A stretch of 19,420 nt of DNA. Origin: an uncultured Deinococcales bacterium (GTDB taxonomy: Bacteria > Deinococcota > Deinococci > Deinococcales > JAAFIG01). Location: the NCBI GenBank assembly GCA_964247135.1, contig CAXTTL010000075.1, forward strand, positions 1-19,420, read 5' to 3'. Below are positions 15,302 through 19,420 of this stretch, piece by piece; position 1 is the first letter of the stretch, and every line of letters begins with the position of its first letter. Made by a program: the position numbers and the translations under genes. Below the pieces are notes generated by a model. The model was not told the origin of the DNA. It worked only from the letters and a program-made list of their open reading frames with translations, and made no database searches.

Positions 15302-17938
15302 TTATTCCTTTCCTGTGCTGAGCGCATGCAGCGCCCTGAGTTTGTCACCCTTAAAGTTGTCGTAGGCAATATCTCGTTTTGCCATCATGTTGGCGTTGGT
15401 GGTGAACGCCCAGAGGTCAAATTGCGTTGGTTTGACCCAGATTTTGCCGCCCTGCTTGCCGGTCAGGGTGTCGATCCAGACCAGCACCTCGCCGCGTTGA
15501 AGTGACATGAAGCTTTGGATCGCCCCGTCTGGAAGTTTCAAAATTTCCTTGACCGTGCGCACTTGGTCGTCTTGCATTTTGAGCAGAAAAAAGCTGGTGG
15601 TGTTGCTGATGATCCCCGCGCCGGCACCGATGTTGAAGTCGCCCAGCTCTTGTGAGATTGATCCGACCGCGCCGTTGTAGCGCCTGATGCGCCGGTAGAG
15701 TTCGACTAGGAACGCCGCGATTTCGGGGATTTGCAGCGCTTTCCAAGCTTCGTCGAAAATGACGATTTTCTTGCGGGCTTTGTTTTTTTGGACGATCTTC
15801 CAGATTAACCACGCCATGAGCAGGATGGCTACGCCTGGAAGTTGTTCGACGTTGTACAGTTCGTTGGTCTCAAACATCAAGACCGGGTTGTCTGATATCG
15901 GAATTTCTGTTGGTCCATCGACAAAACTGCCGAGCAAGGTTGTGCCTGTCCACATTTGCATACTGGTTTGAATGGCGTTTGCCAGTGCAATGTCATTTTC
16001 ATCCGTCGCTTTGCTACCGACCTTAGATAGTCTCCCAAGGATTTCGACGAAGTTGCTCATGTAGCACCGAGTTGGGTCAATGACTTTAACGTAGCCCCCG
16101 CCTTCAAGTGCAAATTCGTCGATTGCCGCCTGGTACATGGCTTTGACGCCACTTTCAATGATGACTTGCTTGGCACTTGGGGCGGAATCTGGCGCTGCGT
16201 CGCGGCTCATTGCTTGAAGGCTCGACACAAGCAATGCCATGTGATGGTTATCAGGTCCGAGGTTTCCGAGCGGTCCTTCTTCGTTGTCAGGGTGATCCTG
16301 CAACCGTTCGTCTGGCAAATCAAATGGGTTGATGCGTGATTTGCTGCCCGGTTGCAGGTCAACTCGAGCGCCATTGAGAACGTTAACGGTTTCTGAAAAT
16401 CCCGCACCCTTATCCACGATGATCAGGTCTGTGTTGCCATCACGGAAGTGTTCGGTCAAAAGGTACTGGGCGAAGAAGGTCTTGCCCTGTCCGCTTCCGC
16501 CGCCGATAAAAAAATTGTAATTGGCAAACTCTGGATCAAATAGGTTTATTGAGGTGAATCCCTTCCAATCGTTTTGAAAAAGGGCAACAGGTTTTTTGGC
16601 ACCCTTCCAAGGTGAGCCGATTGGAAAAAAATGCGCGGCACTTGTCTCGAACAAGCTGACCCGGTAATCGATCATGTTGCCGCTGAGTGGTGCGGATTGA
16701 ATAAATGGCTCGAGCAGCCCGAAGGTGAGCGGGCTGAACGGGTTGCCTGGCACGTTGGCTGCTGCTGAAAATGCGGAATTTATTTGTTTTTCTAGTGTTT
16801 TTGAATCGTCTCCGACGATAATAACGTTGCATCCAACCCTAAACACATGGTCGCCGGTGGCGGCGATGTGCTCGATGGCGGCTTCTGTTTCACCCAGACC
16901 AACCCTGACGTTAGGATCGACGTAAGCCTCGCTGTTTGCGGCTGCCGAATAGAATTTTCTGGCTTGACCTTTGAGCCTGGATATGGCTAGGTTTTGTTCT
17001 TCGTGTTCAAAATCGATCACCAGCCACATGTGGTGTCCGCTCGAGAGGAGCGGGTTTAACATGCCGAAAATCGTTTCGTCTGGTGCGTTGCTCAGCGAAA
17101 GCATTCGAATTTTTTTCCAACCAATTTCAAGTTCGCTCAAGCTGGCGTTGTTGAAGGCTGTTTTGGCAATTTGGCTGCGCAGTGTTGGCGGGTTGAGGTG
17201 GGGGTGTTGCTCGAGTTGGTCTTTTGGGTAAACCTGCCAGGTGGTTTTGTAGTCTGGCCATTTGACGTTGCGCATTCCGGGGTTGAAGTAGCGGCACGTC
17301 AATTCGAACATGTCTTGGGTGGTCATGGCTCTTGGACTGAGTCCGCCATTGTCCAGAAAGCTCATCAAACGTTCGCGTTGGTTGGTCGCTGCCTCGACAC
17401 GCTCATCATATTCACGCTCTGAGAACGGTACGTGGGTTCGGGTTGCCAGGGCTGGGATCAGTTTTGAGAGCACCAGCATTGGTACGCTTGGGGTGTTGTT
17501 GCCCAAACGTTGTGATCCTGCGGTCACGGTGATCCAGGCTCGCCACTCGAGGATTTGATCTTCTTGGTTGATCAGGTCTCGCATCATGGTGGCACGTGCT
17601 TGAGACATTGAGTTGGCGATTGGGTTTAGACTTTCGATCAGGGTTTCGTATTCATTGACTTTGTTGTCTTTGGCGGGTCCAACCTCGATCATCAAGCGCA
17701 TCCGTTCGCCGCCTTTGACACCTGACCTGAGTGCGCCTTTGATGCAACGGCACAAGTAGTCTAGGCCGCCGTTGGTCATAAACGTCGTGGGCGGAAAATG
17801 TACTTCCGCCCCGACCTCGCAGCGTCCATCTTCGAGAAAACTGATCCCTTCGTTCATGTGCCAGTAAGGCAATAGACCACTGAGTCCTTCGATTCTGGTT
17901 TTGGTGAAAAAATTGTTTTTCGATAGCGTTGCGGTCAT
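15302..17938 (-). CDS. virB4: VirB4 family T4SS ATPase (878 aa)
   Basis: NFFIGGGSGQGKT Walker A, IIVDKG, INPFD, Walker B IVIFDEAW, RRIRRYNGAVGSISQELGDF. Confidence 0.95.
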   Translation of the reverse strand: MTATLSKNNFFTKTRIEGLSGLLPYWHMNEGISFLEDGRCEVGAEVHFPPTTFMTNGGLDYLCRCIKGALRSGVKGGERMRLMIEVGPAKDNKVNEYETLIESLNPIANSMSQARATMMRDLINQEDQILEWRAWITVTAGSQRLGNNTPSVPMLVLSKLIPALATRTHVPFSEREYDERVEAATNQRERLMSFLDNGGLSPRAMTTQDMFELTCRYFNPGMRNVKWPDYKTTWQVYPKDQLEQHPHLNPPTLRSQIAKTAFNNASLSELEIGWKKIRMLSLSNAPDETIFGMLNPLLSSGHHMWLVIDFEHEEQNLAISRLKGQARKFYSAAANSEAYVDPNVRVGLGETEAAIEHIAATGDHVFRVGCNVIIVGDDSKTLEKQINSAFSAAANVPGNPFSPLTFGLLEPFIQSAPLSGNMIDYRVSLFETSAAHFFPIGSPWKGAKKPVALFQNDWKGFTSINLFDPEFANYNFFIGGGSGQGKTFFAQYLLTEHFRDGNTDLIIVDKGAGFSETVNVLNGARVDLQPGSKSRINPFDLPDERLQDHPDNEEGPLGNLGPDNHHMALLVSSLQAMSRDAAPDSAPSAKQVIIESGVKAMYQAAIDEFALEGGGYVKVIDPTRCYMSNFVEILGRLSKVGSKATDENDIALANAIQTSMQMWTGTTLLGSFVDGPTEIPISDNPVLMFETNELYNVEQLPGVAILLMAWLIWKIVQKNKARKKIVIFDEAWKALQIPEIAAFLVELYRRIRRYNGAVGSISQELGDFNIGAGAGIISNTTSFFLLKMQDDQVRTVKEILKLPDGAIQSFMSLQRGEVLVWIDTLTGKQGGKIWVKPTQFDLWAFTTNANMMAKRDIAYDNFKGDKLRALHALSTGKE

Positions 17939-17947
17939 TGTGTTCCT

Positions 17948-18265
17948 TTATTTTTGACGGCTTGGGAGGAGCAAAGGTACGGATTTGGTGTCTGATCTAT
18001 GAACGTAACGGTCTGATTGCAGCATCCATAGCAACAAGTGCATGGTTGCCTTTCCGGGTAATTTCGCGCCGATCATGGTCACCAATTTGAGGATGCCGAA
18101 GCCGCAAATTCCTGATGCGGCGAGTGGTGCTGCCCCGGCTGGCATGATGGTTTGAAAAAATTGCATTGCCAGCATGGCGCCGATGCCAATCACTCCGAAT
18201 TGCCAAGCTTCCAGACCTAAAAAAGTATTGGCAATCGTCAGTCGATATACCCGCATTCGCATCAT
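17948..18265 (-). CDS. virB3: VirB3-like membrane protein (105 aa)
   Basis: Two TM helices, N-terminal VYRLTIANTFLG motif, located between the pilin and virB4. Confidence 0.6.
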   Translation of the reverse strand: MMRMRVYRLTIANTFLGLEAWQFGVIGIGAMLAMQFFQTIMPAGAAPLAASGICGFGILKLVTMIGAKLPGKATMHLLLWMLQSDRYVHRSDTKSVPLLLPSRQK

Positions 18266-18300
18266 GATTTTCCAGGCTTTCTGGTAACGGAATGAATGGC

Positions 18301-18750
18301 TTAACTCAATTTGCAGGTGGTTGTCGCTGGGATGAACATCCCCGCGAGGCTCTTTGCAGCAAAAATGACACCACCACCACCGAAAGCGCCAATCATGTAC
18401 GACATCGCTTTTTTGCCGCCTACGGCAAAGCTGATCCCGCCAGCGATGACCATGAGAATGATCAACACCACTCCAATTGGTCCTTGTAACTCAACGGCTA
18501 TCGTACAGAGTGCTGTGCTGGTATTGGTTAATAGCGTTGGTGTGGTGCTAGGTGCTTGGGCGAAAGCCATTTGGCCAGCGATCAACGCGCCAATTGCTGC
18601 GCCATGCTTTGCGCCTTTGCTCATACTGCTTTTGGTTTCCGCGTCCAGGTGTGAATCGACCACTCGACCGAGGCGTTGGTTCAGTTGTTGTCCTTTGACA
18701 ACCATGTGGGCTTGAAGATTGGCGAAAATATCGGTGTGCTTGTGATTCAT
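18301..18750 (-). CDS. virB2: VirB2/TrbC-family propilin (149 aa)
   Basis: AAAGGAG RBS; long leader ending AFA-Q, LQGPIG motif, two hydrophobic helices separated by GGKK; first gene of the operon. Confidence 0.8.
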   Translation of the reverse strand: MNHKHTDIFANLQAHMVVKGQQLNQRLGRVVDSHLDAETKSSMSKGAKHGAAIGALIAGQMAFAQAPSTTPTLLTNTSTALCTIAVELQGPIGVVLIILMVIAGGISFAVGGKKAMSYMIGAFGGGGVIFAAKSLAGMFIPATTTCKLS

Positions 18751-18776
18751 GCTTTTTCTCCTTTGCAGCTCGGGGC

Positions 18777-18782
18777 TACTCT
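18777..18782 (+). promoter_or_regulatory. -10 element for a leaderless transcript
   Basis: TACTCT, 6 nt upstream of ATG 18789. Confidence 0.5.
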
Positions 18783-18788
18783 TGGAGT

Positions 18789-19420
18789 ATGAAACTGAAT
18801 GAAAATTTTATTGAGGAAATCCAGCAGAAACTTCAAATCGTCGTCCCGAACCCCAACGATGCCAAAGCGTTTGCGGTGTTTTTGAACACGATTGACAACG
18901 AGCATCCCGAGTGGAGCGATCGGGTGCAGCAGAATTTGATCGATGAAGATTTGCCAGGCATTGATCCAGAAGAACCACTCTTTTCCGATGAGGTCGCGCA
19001 CGTTGACACTCGCGCTCGATTGGCCAATCTGGTGCATAAAGCAGTCGATAAGTGGGACGCAAAACTCGGTAAATTTGTCGTCTCTCGCGCCAAAGTCAGT
19101 GCGTGGCTTGCAGGGTTTGTGTTGGTCTTTGTTTTGGTTCCGACCGTCATGAGTTCGTTTGCGGGTAAACCTGGTGTTGCAACCAAATCCGTGAAGACCA
19201 CACCTGTTCCTACTTCTTCGGTGTCTGATCCAAGCGTGGTTACCGATCCAAACTCGATATCACCTAGCGTTAATGCGAAAAGCGCAGCGCCTTTGACGCC
19301 AGCCACAGCTCAAAACCCTGCTGAAGCCTCGACTCAACCTGCGGTTGCCGGCCCTTCAGCCAACAATCCTGATTCAGCGCCAGTGGCATCGGACCCTTAC
19401 GCGTCCCAATCCCAAGTGTC
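18789..19420 (+). CDS. Bitopic membrane protein with a Pro/Ser/Thr-rich linker, VirB10/TrbI-like (3' partial)
   Basis: Manual translation MKLNENFIEEIQQKLQ... stays open to the window end: cytoplasmic N-domain, TM AWLAGFVLVFVLVPTVM, then a P/S/T/A-rich stalk. Confidence 0.75.
   Translation, partial: MKLNENFIEEIQQKLQIVVPNPNDAKAFAVFLNTIDNEHPEWSDRVQQNLIDEDLPGIDPEEPLFSDEVAHVDTRARLANLVHKAVDKWDAKLGKFVVSRAKVSAWLAGFVLVFVLVPTVMSSFAGKPGVATKSVKTTPVPTSSVSDPSVVTDPNSISPSVNAKSAAPLTPATAQNPAEASTQPAVAGPSANNPDSAPVASDPYASQSQV

Larger units (their letters stand above)
1..19420. mobile_element. Segment of a conjugative plasmid or ICE (T4SS tra region plus accessory region)
   Basis: VirB2/B3/B4/B5/B6/D4-like genes in canonical order, small accessory ORFs, a repeat array, and no housekeeping genes. 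Element ends are not visible. Confidence 0.85.

Noticed and set aside
15950-16330. Intein or insertion between Walker A and Walker B of VirB4
   Set aside because: No intein terminal motifs (Cys/Ser start, His-Asn end); the position fits the normal helical-bundle insertion of VirB4-family ATPases.
7757-18715. + strand and alternative-frame ORFs inside the tra operon
   Set aside because: Fully overlapped by well-supported minus-strand genes, with no motifs of their own.
18747-19306. Minus-strand ORFs 18747-19037, 18808-19062 and 18833-19306
   Set aside because: Antisense to the longer open + strand frame from 18789, which has a coherent TM plus Pro-rich architecture and a -10 element.

Overview
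The window looks like part of a conjugative plasmid or ICE. A Deinococcota-like host is inferred from leaderless TANNNT promoters, heavy CTCGAG use and the HTH protein style. The right two-thirds is a tightly coupled minus-strand type IV secretion (tra) operon: pilin (VirB2), VirB3-like, VirB4, VirB5-like, VirB6/TrbL-like, VirD4, three secreted PLD/Nuc-fold paralogs lacking the HKD motif, a small membrane protein and a Ycf45/SpoIIIAA-like ATPase. A VirB10-like gene, missing from the ORF track, starts divergently at 18789 and runs off the window. The middle holds a SRAP/YedK homolog that has lost all three catalytic residues and an outer-membrane beta-barrel gene. At 4.8-5.3 kb there is an origin- or centromere-like array of ten AGTANGCA boxes plus a 14-bp inverted repeat, next to two HTH paralogs. 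This site marks the edge of an extreme strand skew (A+C-rich + strand) that decays leftwards over a row of small minus-strand ORFs, including a DUF4326 protein. Most gaps in that row carry CTCGAG-based hairpins, two of them near-identical 32-bp motifs fused to the ribosome-binding site. No relaxase, Rep, integrase, RNA gene or CRISPR array is recognisable. All family calls come from motif recognition by eye, not database searches.
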